Of a stretch of 64,000 bases of DNA, positions 50,720 through 58,988 are shown piece after piece. The position numbers were made by a program, and so were the translations under genes. Numbering within the stretch: the first letter of the stretch is position 1; each line of letters begins with the position of its first letter. The stretch comes from Synechococcus sp. (lineage in GTDB: Bacteria > Cyanobacteriota > Cyanobacteriia > PCC-6307 > Cyanobiaceae). Location of the stretch: NCBI GenBank assembly GCA_047285805.1, contig JBJBCN010000002.1, forward strand, positions 576,001 to 640,000. Reading direction: 5' to 3'. The notes beneath the pieces are model-generated. The model had not been told where the DNA came from. It ran no database searches and saw nothing but the letters and a program-made list of their open reading frames with translations.

Positions 50720-51508
50720 TTGAGTCAGACAGTATCGATCCCCTTGACTGAAGCGACGACCGCGAACGCTCCCCTCAAGATCCTGGTCGCTGACGATGAA
50801 GAAAACATTCGCCGCATCCTGGAAACCCGCTTGGTGATGCTGGGTCACGAGGTCACCCTGGCGGAAAACGGATCCCAGGCCCTCGAGCACTTCCGCGCAT
50901 CCGAGCCTGACGTGGTGGTCTTGGACGTGATGATGCCCGAGCTCGACGGCTTTGCTGTGACCGAACGGATTCGAGCCCAATCAGAGGTGCCGATTATCCT
51001 CTTGACGGCCCTTGGTGATGTGGCTGATCGCATCACGGGCCTTCAGCTGGGTGCTGACGACTACATGGTCAAGCCCTTCAGCCCAAAAGAGCTAGAGGCT
51101 CGAATCCGCTGCGTCATGCGTCGCGTTAGTTCAGTTCAAGCCAATGGTGTTGCTGGACCCGGTCGCACGGCCCATGTGGTTGTTGTCGGTGACCTGAGCA
51201 TCGATTTCAACAAGCGCCAAGCCCACCGCGGTGAGGAGCGGATCCGCTTGACCGGCATGGAGTTCAACCTCCTCGAGCTGCTGATCAGCCGTTCCGGCGA
51301 ACCAATCAGCCGGCTCGACATGCTCGAAAAGGTTTGGGGCTACAAGCCTGAGCGCTCCTCCGACAGTCGGGTTGTAGACGTTCACATCTCCCGTCTGAGG
51401 GCCAAGCTCGAGGACGATCCGGAAAATCCCGAATTGATTCTGACGGCCCGGGGTCTGGGCTACATGTTCCAGCGCATCCCCCAGGCCATGGAGGCCCTCA
51501 GCGCTTAA
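50720..51508 (+). CDS. OmpR family response regulator, RpaB paralogue
   Basis: IRRILETRL, LDVMMP, LTALGDVADRITGL, RLTGMEF, VVDVHISRLR, ELILTARG. Confidence 0.9.
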   Translation: MSQTVSIPLTEATTANAPLKILVADDEENIRRILETRLVMLGHEVTLAENGSQALEHFRASEPDVVVLDVMMPELDGFAVTERIRAQSEVPIILLTALGDVADRITGLQLGADDYMVKPFSPKELEARIRCVMRRVSSVQANGVAGPGRTAHVVVVGDLSIDFNKRQAHRGEERIRLTGMEFNLLELLISRSGEPISRLDMLEKVWGYKPERSSDSRVVDVHISRLRAKLEDDPENPELILTARGLGYMFQRIPQAMEALSA

Positions 51509-51677
51509 ATCTCACTTTGTAGGTCACATGGCTGGGCCCGAAGTACTCGATCAGTGCATCTCGTGCGGCGTGATGCAGCTCCTCAAGGTTGCTAGAGCGA
51601 ATCGTCAGGCTGGGTGATTCGCTTTTGGCCTGAAGAGATGTCGGCGTGCTGGCAACGCGAAAGATGATCTCCCGCAT
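51498..51677 (-). CDS. 59-aa HicB-like small protein (absent from ORF track)
   Basis: Hand translation: MREIIFRVASTPTSLQAKSESPSLTIRSSNLEELHHAARDALIEYFGPSHVTYKVRFKR*. Confidence 0.65.
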   Translation of the reverse strand: MREIIFRVASTPTSLQAKSESPSLTIRSSNLEELHHAARDALIEYFGPSHVTYKVRFKR

Positions 51678-51741
51678 CCGTCAATAACCGCAACGTCAAC
51701 TCCATTTTTTCGCTGCTGCTCCGACGGCGTAGTCGCCTGGG

Positions 51742-52392
51742 CTACCCCTGCTTGTGAAGGGAAATGAAGCGATGACAGTGGTCGATTGCTGCTTCCAGGT
51801 TGTCTGCCTCGCTCAGCCCTGATGCTTTGGTGGGCGTGAAGCTGTGGTCCCCGCTTGGCAACCAGGTCAGCTCCACAGACGATGCCAGTGAATAGTTCTG
51901 AACCTCCTCGCGGCGTCCAAAGCTGTCACGTTCGCCCTGCAGGATCAGGCACGGGGACTGCATGACCACGAAATGGTCGGTGCGTAGCGACTGGGGTTTT
52001 CCGGGTGGGTGAAACGGATAGCCAAGGCACAGGCACCCTCGGACGTTCTCAAGGGAGTCGATCAGCAGGCTTGCGACTCGTCCTCCAAGAGACTTCCCGC
52101 CGATGAACACGTTTGCGACGTCGTGGACGCGTTGTTCCCTAATGACCTCCTCGCGGTAGGCATCGAGGAGCTTGGGGAGGCGATCCGGCCCACAACGTCG
52201 ACCCAGCTCCCGGCTTCGTTGCATGTAGGGAAACTCAAAGCGCACCACCCGGACACCGCAGGCTCCCAAACCGCCTGCCATGGTTTCCATCCATCTGCAG
52301 TCCATGGGCGCGCCCGCACCGTGGGCAAGCAACAGTGTGCTCATCGCGGTGGCGGGCCCATTGATCAGCCTCGCTCCTTCGGTTTGGGTCAT
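51742..52392 (-). CDS. Alpha/beta hydrolase (KANL3/Tex30-like family)
   Basis: LAHGAGAPMD, GGKSLGGR nucleophile, GYPFHPPG, QGERD, GDHS. Confidence 0.88.
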   Translation of the reverse strand: MTQTEGARLINGPATAMSTLLLAHGAGAPMDCRWMETMAGGLGACGVRVVRFEFPYMQRSRELGRRCGPDRLPKLLDAYREEVIREQRVHDVANVFIGGKSLGGRVASLLIDSLENVRGCLCLGYPFHPPGKPQSLRTDHFVVMQSPCLILQGERDSFGRREEVQNYSLASSVELTWLPSGDHSFTPTKASGLSEADNLEAAIDHCHRFISLHKQG

Positions 52393-52985
52393 AGCGCGAC
52401 AAGTGAGCGAGCGTGTTTCTTCAGAGTCGCAAGACCTGCCGGGCTGTTTTGGATGACCAGGTCGGCCTTCTGCTTCAAGGGACGAATGAAGTCACGTTCC
52501 CCGGGTAACGTCTCAAGAAAGGTCTGGCGAATCACGTACGACAGTGAATGTCCACGTTCACGTCGATCACGCCGTTGCCGGCGCCAGAGCCGCATCGGCA
52601 GTGCGAGATCCATGTAAACCAGCGACCTCAGCAGCGGCTGCCCCAGCAAGACCTGGGGGCCAAAGGCCCCCTCGAGGACAATCAAGTCGTAGGCCTGATT
52701 TAGGGGCTCACGCCAGGCCATGTGGCTGATCATGTCGTAGCGACGCATGCTGTCGGCGTCTTGTCTGCAGAGCTGCTCCAGCTCTGCGAGCAAAGCCCCA
52801 GCGTCAATCCCAGCAGGGGTGTCGTAGCCGTAGAGCGAATCTGGTAACCAGTGGGGCCAGTAGTAGTCGTCACAGGAGAGTGGCAACACACTGATACCGC
52901 AAAGCTTCAGCGACGTTTGCAGCGCATGCGCCATTGTGGTTTTCCCTGCGGCTGAGGGACCGCAGAGGCAGAGCAGAGGAATCAC
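52389..52985 (-). CDS. Uridine kinase family P-loop kinase
   Basis: GPSAAGKTT, DDYY, LIVLEG, RRDRRERG, FIRPLKQKADLVI. Confidence 0.82.
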   Translation of the reverse strand: MIPLLCLCGPSAAGKTTMAHALQTSLKLCGISVLPLSCDDYYWPHWLPDSLYGYDTPAGIDAGALLAELEQLCRQDADSMRRYDMISHMAWREPLNQAYDLIVLEGAFGPQVLLGQPLLRSLVYMDLALPMRLWRRQRRDRRERGHSLSYVIRQTFLETLPGERDFIRPLKQKADLVIQNSPAGLATLKKHARSLVAL

Positions 52986-53465
52986 AGCTGCAACAATCCA
53001 GAGAGCACGCTGCTCAGTTGAAACCCCCTGAAATAGCTGATGTCATCCACGACCCAAGTTTCCTTCTGGTCTTTGCTGCATGAGCAGGGAAAGCCGTTGA
53101 GGAGCCTTGGAGAGCCGTCCCCTTAGACCCGTAAACACCGCGACATCGGAGCTGTCAGCATTGCCGCTCACCACAAGCACGTTGTTGGTGGAAACCTGCT
53201 TCCCATTGAAGGGATCGATATCCAGATAGCCACGCCCTTCTCTTGGGTCGAGCTGATAGGCCGAGTTCAGATTTTGGTACAGCTTTGGGCTTAGGAGGGT
53301 CTCGATGGCGTTCAGCTGAGGACTCCCTGGTGTGTCCAGCCGTCCGATTTGCCAGCGATACCGGTTGGTGATGGGCATCTCCATTACTAGTGGACATCTG
53401 CAGGCCAGTGCGCTTGAAGGCGCCAGGGACAAGCACGCCAAAAGGGGCAACGTTGCTAGGAACAC
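52982..53465 (-). pseudogene. Frameshifted secreted DUF3828-like protein
   Basis: Signal peptide and LDIDPFNG; +1 shift near 53057 restores WVVDDISY...LLQL* whose TGA overlaps the kinase GTG. Confidence 0.7.
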
Positions 53466-53523
53466 TCGCACCCTCCCAGAGTTCGACTGGCCAGACCCTA
53501 GGGGTGTAGTTCGAACAGACAGC

Positions 53524-53547
53524 AAAAAGCCCCGCTTTCGCGGGGCT
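53524..53547 (-). terminator. Rho-independent terminator downstream of tRNA-Met
   Basis: Minus strand AGCCCCGC-GAAA-GCGGGGCT then T run. Confidence 0.85.
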
Positions 53548-53555
53548 CAGCAAAA

Positions 53556-53629
53556 TGGCTCGGGGGAGACTTGAACTCCCGACCTTGGGGTTATGAATCC
53601 CACGCTCTAACCAGCTGAGCTACCGAGCC
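53556..53629 (-). tRNA. tRNA-Met(CAT), probably elongator
   Basis: GGCTCGGTAGCTCAGCTGGTTAGAGCGTGGGATTCATAACCCCAAGGTCGGGAGTTCAAGTCTCCCCCGAGCCA; G1-C72 paired; CCA not encoded. Confidence 0.95.
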
Positions 53630-53683
53630 TAGGTGAGTTGATTGTAGAGGATCACCGGGCCGAAACCCTGTTCGCAGCTGCGA

Positions 53684-54730
53684 TCAGGCCCGTGGAGGCA
53701 GCATTCCAAGCGGATTAACCGCTCCCCGCCCTGCGGGGATGATCTCGAAGTGCAGGTGCGGTCCTGTGCTCCGGCCCGTGCTGCCCATCAGTGAGATCAC
53801 CTTGCCCTGGGCCACGATCTGCCCTGAGCGCACCAAGATCCGACTGTTGTGGCCGTAGCGGGTCAGGGACCCATCGGTGTGGCGGATTTCAACGAGGTAG
53901 CCATAACCGCCGCCGTGCCAGCCAGCGGAGATCACTTGGCCCGATTTCGCGGCGACGATGGGGGTACCTATGTTATTGGCAATGTCGATGCCCCGGTGCA
54001 TCCGCCCCCAGCGCCAGCCATAGCCAGAGGTAAAAATGCCCTTAGTGGGCCAGACCCAAGCGCGGTCGTTGAGGTTTGCACCATCGCCAAAGTTGGGTTG
54101 ATCCGGCCAGCTGAGGCCACCCGAGCCGACGGGTTTGAGACCGAGAACCATCCGGCTCCGACCAGAATTGGCCTGGGCAACACGAATCGGCGTGCCGACC
54201 ACTAGTTGGGCGCCACGGAGACCTGGATTGAGCCTGAGCAACTTCTGGATGCTCAAGTTGTAACGCTGAGCGACCTTGGCGAGGGTGTCGTCGCCTCGCT
54301 TGATCCGCGCAGTGTCGCTGGGCTCTGGCGGAGCCTCCAAGGGGGGATTGCGGCGGAGCTTAGAGGTATCAAAAGCTGAGAACAGCTTGACCTGCTTCAT
54401 GCTGCCGCTGGGCAGGACAATCCACTCGCTGCGGCCAAACACATGGTCCGCTTCAACGTCGTTTAATTCCGAGAGGAGTGACTCTTCTTGCGCGATCTGG
54501 CGTGCCAGATGCTTGAGGGTGATGGCTTGACGTGCCTTGACCCAGATCTTGTCACTACTGGGTTTTGGGGCTGCGGCTGCTATCAGGTCAGCACTGATCG
54601 GGGGTGGTGCGGAGAGTTGGGGGAGTGAAGCTGAGTTGGAATCTGCCAGGGAGGGGGCGACAACAGAGAATGCAGCCCCAAGGGCCGTGGTACTGGCTGC
54701 TGTTGTCAGTAAGAAGTGAACAGGCTTCAT
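53684..54730 (-). CDS. LysM/M23 peptidoglycan endopeptidase
   Basis: LysM DTLAKVAQRY..LLRLNP; HRGIDIA, YGH, STGPHLHFEI. Confidence 0.92.
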   Translation of the reverse strand: MKPVHFLLTTAASTTALGAAFSVVAPSLADSNSASLPQLSAPPPISADLIAAAAPKPSSDKIWVKARQAITLKHLARQIAQEESLLSELNDVEADHVFGRSEWIVLPSGSMKQVKLFSAFDTSKLRRNPPLEAPPEPSDTARIKRGDDTLAKVAQRYNLSIQKLLRLNPGLRGAQLVVGTPIRVAQANSGRSRMVLGLKPVGSGGLSWPDQPNFGDGANLNDRAWVWPTKGIFTSGYGWRWGRMHRGIDIANNIGTPIVAAKSGQVISAGWHGGGYGYLVEIRHTDGSLTRYGHNSRILVRSGQIVAQGKVISLMGSTGRSTGPHLHFEIIPAGRGAVNPLGMLPPRA

Positions 54731-54885
54731 CCAGTTTGCCGAAAGGTCAAAGCCCGGTGGAGAAGCCAACATCCCCCGGACGGCGCGACATTAACGACTG
54801 GCCGGAGTCTGCGCAAGTCGAAATGGTCAAAATCTCAGCCGAACACATCAGGATCTCAGTTTGAGACGAATCGTGCTGCAGGCGT

Positions 54886-55359
54886 TTAGCCCACTTCGAG
54901 TTGTCGAATCGCTTCGAACAGAACCACGCCCACGGCTGTCGCGAGATTCAGACTTCTCACCCCGCCGCCCTGATCGACCGACCCCGCCATGGGGATCAAC
55001 AGGCTTTGGTCGACCTGGCTCAGAAGCTCAGGCGGTAGGCCACTGCTCTCCTGTCCAAACAGCAGCCAATCGTCAGCGCGATAGGCAATGTGGTGGTAAC
55101 GCTCGCTGGCGTGCCGGCTTAAGGCCAGCAGGCGCCCGCCCTGCTGACGGCGAAAGGTCAAAAACGCGTCCCAGTTGGCATGACACGTCAGTTGAACCCA
55201 GGGCCAGTAGTCGAGCCCTGCGCGTTTCAAGGTTCGGTCATCGATCTGAAAACCCAGCGGTTCAATCAGATGAAGCTCTGTACAGGTCGCGGCACAGCTC
55301 CGAGCCACATTCCCTGTATTGGGGGGGATTTCCGGTTGATAGAGCACCACCTTGGGCAT
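54886..55359 (-). CDS. trmL: tRNA (cytidine/uridine-34 2'-O)-methyltransferase
   Basis: PEIPPNTGN, KRAGLDYW, FGQESSGL, RSLNLA. Confidence 0.93.
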   Translation of the reverse strand: MPKVVLYQPEIPPNTGNVARSCAATCTELHLIEPLGFQIDDRTLKRAGLDYWPWVQLTCHANWDAFLTFRRQQGGRLLALSRHASERYHHIAYRADDWLLFGQESSGLPPELLSQVDQSLLIPMAGSVDQGGGVRSLNLATAVGVVLFEAIRQLEVG

Positions 55360-55364
55360 GAGGA

Positions 55365-55946
55365 TCAACCAGGGACAGGAATTCCAAGCTCATGGAGGTT
55401 GAGCGCTCGACCGTTCACCACAAGCCAAGACTCGCGACTGATGGCATTCAAACGTTGTTGCAGCGCGCCCATCCTGTCGCGGAAGAGCCCGCCAATGGCC
55501 GTTGGCGGCACCACCCCCCAGCCGACCTCTTCCATGACAAGCACGACGGGCTCACCTTGGTTGGCGAGTTGATCCAGCAGGGCCGCCGACCGGATCCGCC
55601 ACTGTTCCGGGCCGTCGTCAAGGTGTTGAGCGAGCCAGGTTCCCAGTGCATCGACGAGTAGGAGGCGGGCGCGTCCGGGCTCCATGGACTGGTTCAGACC
55701 GGCGAGGGCCTCGGTCAACGCCGCGCCCACCTCAAGGGTCTGCCAGGTCTCCGGGCGACGCTCTCTATGGGCTTGCACCCGTTGGGACCAGCTGCCGTCT
55801 TCGCTGGGGGGCTCACCCGTGGCGAGATAGAGGACCGATCCCATGTGTTGAGCCGCAAGATGTTCCGCCCAACGGCTTTTGCCGCTGCGGCTTGGTCCTG
55901 TGACCAGAATCAGGCCTGCAGCAGGGTTGGCTTCAACCGCCACCAT
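55365..55946 (-). CDS. cobU: Adenosylcobinamide kinase / cobinamide-phosphate guanylyltransferase
   Basis: TGPSRSGKSRWAE, HRERRP, EEVGWGVVP, FRD. Confidence 0.93.
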   Translation of the reverse strand: MVAVEANPAAGLILVTGPSRSGKSRWAEHLAAQHMGSVLYLATGEPPSEDGSWSQRVQAHRERRPETWQTLEVGAALTEALAGLNQSMEPGRARLLLVDALGTWLAQHLDDGPEQWRIRSAALLDQLANQGEPVVLVMEEVGWGVVPPTAIGGLFRDRMGALQQRLNAISRESWLVVNGRALNLHELGIPVPG

Positions 55947-57078
55947 TCATATTCTTGAGGGTGGCCACAGCGGATGGCGAGACGCGGTTGAGATAGCGGA
56001 AGATCCAGTACTTGAAGATCGTGGCCAAGACCACCGGGAAGGTGGCAATGAATAACAGGATGAAGTTCTCCTCCGCCGGCAAGCCCAGGTGATGGGCGAT
56101 CCCGTCCAAGAGCACCGTCCAGCCTTCTGGGCTGTGGAAGCCAACAAAGATGTCCGTAAAGAGGATGATCGCGAAGGCTTTGGCGCTGTCGCTTAAGCCG
56201 TAAACGGCCTCATCGAGGAAGCCGCGAAGCACCTGTAGGTCCCGACTACAGAACAGGCAGACCAGGATGAAGCCCACCAGCGCTGCGAGGTCGGCCAGGA
56301 CATTCTTCGAGGCCTCCATGCTCTCGGCATCGGCCTCATCCTTGAGGGCATTCGCCCGCCGAGCCAACGCGGATTGAATTTCCTCGGGTGAAGGGGGCTG
56401 TTTGCCTTCCAGGAGCGCTTCAAATTCCAATTCCTGCTGGTAGAGACGCAAATTGGTGACGGCCTTTTCCTGCAGGTGGGGTTTCGTGTAATTAAGGAAG
56501 GGAATGTCTGGCGCATAGCGATCCATCAAGGGTGAGATCAACAGGCTTCGGCTGGTCTGCTGAATCACCAGTGGCACCAGGATGAGCAGCAGAAGCACCC
56601 TCAGGGAAACGAGGGTGGAATCGCGACGACGACGAAAACCGGCGACGACCGATGCTTCGGCTTTCGGGTCCAGTTGACGGCGTACTCCGTCGAACATGCC
56701 GAGCAGACTGCGCGGCAGCATCTCCGGCGAGCGCGACATCGAGGGCGAGCTCGATCGGACCCGTCCGTAGCGGGAGACGACGCTTTCCACCAGCTGCAGT
56801 TGCCTCAGCTCCTGGCTGTCGAGCTCAGCGCGTTTGGGTGCTACATCAGCGAGGTTCTGCTGGGCTACCTGCAGGGCGGCACGGAAGCGCCGGAGCATCA
56901 GGGCCTTCGCGGACTTGGGAATGCTCAGCTCGAGCTCGGGCCTGACCGGTCTGTCGTTGTAGTACTCAAGCTCGAGGCTCTGGATCAGCAGAGCGGCTTC
57001 ATAGGCCTGCTCCAGGTTGTTGCTCAGATCGTGGGAACTGGCCCGGTCAAAGCTTCCAATCCAGTCGGTCAACCCCAT
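55933..57078 (-). CDS. pxcA: Proton extrusion protein PxcA (CemA family)
   Basis: LSDSAKAFAIILFTDIFVGFHSPEGW, FKYWIFRYLNRVSPS. Confidence 0.93.
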   Translation of the reverse strand: MGLTDWIGSFDRASSHDLSNNLEQAYEAALLIQSLELEYYNDRPVRPELELSIPKSAKALMLRRFRAALQVAQQNLADVAPKRAELDSQELRQLQLVESVVSRYGRVRSSSPSMSRSPEMLPRSLLGMFDGVRRQLDPKAEASVVAGFRRRRDSTLVSLRVLLLLILVPLVIQQTSRSLLISPLMDRYAPDIPFLNYTKPHLQEKAVTNLRLYQQELEFEALLEGKQPPSPEEIQSALARRANALKDEADAESMEASKNVLADLAALVGFILVCLFCSRDLQVLRGFLDEAVYGLSDSAKAFAIILFTDIFVGFHSPEGWTVLLDGIAHHLGLPAEENFILLFIATFPVVLATIFKYWIFRYLNRVSPSAVATLKNMNGGG

Positions 57079-57085
57079 GGATGCC

Positions 57086-57793
57086 TCAGCGGGAGAAGAC
57101 CCACCAGGTGATCATTGGCACCAGAGTGCCAACGACAAGCAAAACGACAACCCAAAGGAAGGCGTTGCTGGAGGCGGTTTCTTCCTTCGTTGGTACGTTG
57201 GTCTCTACGGGAATCCGCTCAACCAGCTGCGGCGGGCCGGGGTCTTCGCCGCCCTGAAGCACGACCTCGAGGCGACCCAAGGCATCGAGGCTGGCCTGGC
57301 GGTAGCGGGAGCCCTCGCGCAGAGGCAAGCCCATCGTGCTGATTGCCGTGCTGGAAAGAAGGCTGGCTGGCAGTTGCTCCAGCAGATCAGCGCTTGCCAC
57401 AATCGCAGCACTGTTGTTTTGAGCTTCAATCAGGAGGAGGAGCATGCCTTCCCGGCTGTTCTCCTCGTGCCATTGCTGCAGCAATTCGTCTCCGAGGGTG
57501 TCCAGGCTGAGACCGTAATCCAGGCGCCGAAGGGTCACCAATCGGGCATCCACCCCCAAGTCAGAAAACTGCTCGAGGCGCTGGTTGACATCACCGCTGG
57601 CGGCGCGGCTCAGCAATTCGGCGCTGTCAAGCACATAGCCGCTGGGGCTCTGGGAGGGGAAATCGGCCGCTCCAGTGGCAAGGGCAGCGGGGGGCGCAAT
57701 GAGCCCGGCGATAGCCAAAGTGGCAACCATCACCAAAGACCAGAGCTTGCTGCGAAGGGAATGACGCACCAGCGAACGCTTAAACCTGGGCAC
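57086..57793 (-). CDS. psb32: TPM-domain PSII repair protein Psb32
   Basis: VLDSAELLSR, VTLRRLDYG, DPGPP, C-terminal TM ending VPMITWW. Confidence 0.85.
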   Translation of the reverse strand: MPRFKRSLVRHSLRSKLWSLVMVATLAIAGLIAPPAALATGAADFPSQSPSGYVLDSAELLSRAASGDVNQRLEQFSDLGVDARLVTLRRLDYGLSLDTLGDELLQQWHEENSREGMLLLLIEAQNNSAAIVASADLLEQLPASLLSSTAISTMGLPLREGSRYRQASLDALGRLEVVLQGGEDPGPPQLVERIPVETNVPTKEETASSNAFLWVVVLLVVGTLVPMITWWVFSR

Positions 57794-57802
57794 AGTCTGC
57801 CG

Positions 57803-58228
57803 TTAGCTGGCCAGGCTGTCGCGGTGCAGCAGGGAGATCACCTCCAGGATTGATGCACTCCGAATCGCATCCAGTCCAAAGGCTTCCTGCAACTGAGCCA
57901 AAAAGCTCAGCTCCGATTGGGTCTCGATGTGGTCGGCGTGGATCAAATGGGCTGCTACAGCCAACGCTGTCTCCCGTTGTTCGACGGAGAGGAGAGAAGT
58001 GGCCTGCTTCACCAACGCATTACAACTGCTTTTCCGCAATTGGACCAAAACCCGATCCAGCAGGTCCCCCATCTCCCGGTCACTGAAACGACGGAAGGGT
58101 TGACGGAATTCAAGTTGTTGGCGCAGTGCTCTGGCCTCGACGGCGCTGAGCTCACCATCGGCGGCGATGGCGGCGAGGGCGATGGCGGCAAAAGCGTCGG
58201 CGGCTGAGGTGAGTTGGCTCTGGCCCAT
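57803..58228 (-). CDS. TerB-like family protein
   Basis: AAIAADGELSAVE, RETALAVA..LIHADH...E..FL. Confidence 0.8.
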   Translation of the reverse strand: MGQSQLTSAADAFAAIALAAIAADGELSAVEARALRQQLEFRQPFRRFSDREMGDLLDRVLVQLRKSSCNALVKQATSLLSVEQRETALAVAAHLIHADHIETQSELSFLAQLQEAFGLDAIRSASILEVISLLHRDSLAS

Positions 58229-58283
58229 GGACGCGGCAGGAATCAAGACCATTTGAGCTAGGTACGCGCCCAAGTCGAGGCGG

Positions 58284-58988
58284 TTGTGTGCCTGTGACAA
58301 CGTGAGCAGAGTTCCCCAATGCCCCTTGCCACTCCCAGCTCGTATCTCTCTGGCTTCGGGTGTGCTTGGCCTCCTGCTTTGTGTGGGCAATCAACTCTCT
58401 GCCCCTGAGCTGAGTCCGGCCCTGCAGCGCGCTGGTGTCTTAGGTAGCTTGCTAGCCGTCGGCTTGATGCTCGTCTCGACTCTCTGGACACGAGCCGTTC
58501 CCGTCGCTCCTGAACGGGTGTCCCTGGAGGGTGAACAAGGCCTGGAATTCGCCCCCGGCCTGTCTGAATCACTCCGCCAGGAGTTGGGCTGGGGGAGTCA
58601 GATGCTCCTGACCGCGACCCCTGCAGGCTCAGTCATGCTCCTCTGGCGCGGGAAGGTTCTTCTCCGTCGCGGCGTCTTGGCGGACGTCCCCTTCCAACCG
58701 GGCCCCATCAGTGAGCGGGCGTGGAGCAGTCAAAAGGCGATCAATTTGGTCAATCTCGCCCTCTATCCCGGACGCCAAGAATTCAGAGGACTTCCCGAAA
58801 ACGCGCCCGCCGTGATCGTTCAACCGATTGGCGAAACGGGATTACTGCTGTTGGCGGGTTGGTCTCCCCGTTGTTTCACCCGCAGTGATGAAACCTGGAT
58901 CGAGGGCTGGAGCCAGAAGCTCAGAACGCTATTGGAGCTTGAGAGCGTTTCGTCTCACCTCCCCCCTGGCCCTTCGGCGGAAGCGTGA
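58284..58988 (+). CDS. ccb2: Cofactor assembly of complex C subunit CCB2
   Basis: Two TMs, ELGWGSQMLLTATPA, LYPGRQEF, RCFTRSDETW; start approximate. Confidence 0.8.
   Translation: MCACDNVSRVPQCPLPLPARISLASGVLGLLLCVGNQLSAPELSPALQRAGVLGSLLAVGLMLVSTLWTRAVPVAPERVSLEGEQGLEFAPGLSESLRQELGWGSQMLLTATPAGSVMLLWRGKVLLRRGVLADVPFQPGPISERAWSSQKAINLVNLALYPGRQEFRGLPENAPAVIVQPIGETGLLLLAGWSPRCFTRSDETWIEGWSQKLRTLLELESVSSHLPPGPSAEA

Noticed and set aside
47000..53629. Integrative element at tRNA-Met
   Set aside because: No integrase, and I found no duplicated tRNA 3' end (att site) by eye.
53556..53629. A-C mismatch at the base of the anticodon stem; possible initiator or Ile2 identity
   Set aside because: G1-C72 pairing argues against an initiator and the overall sequence fits elongator Met; one mismatch is not evidence of novelty. 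tRNAscan-SE isotype models would settle it.
57803..58228. TerB-like gene as part of a Ter stress or defence island
   Set aside because: Solitary, among core photosynthesis assembly genes, with no other ter genes.
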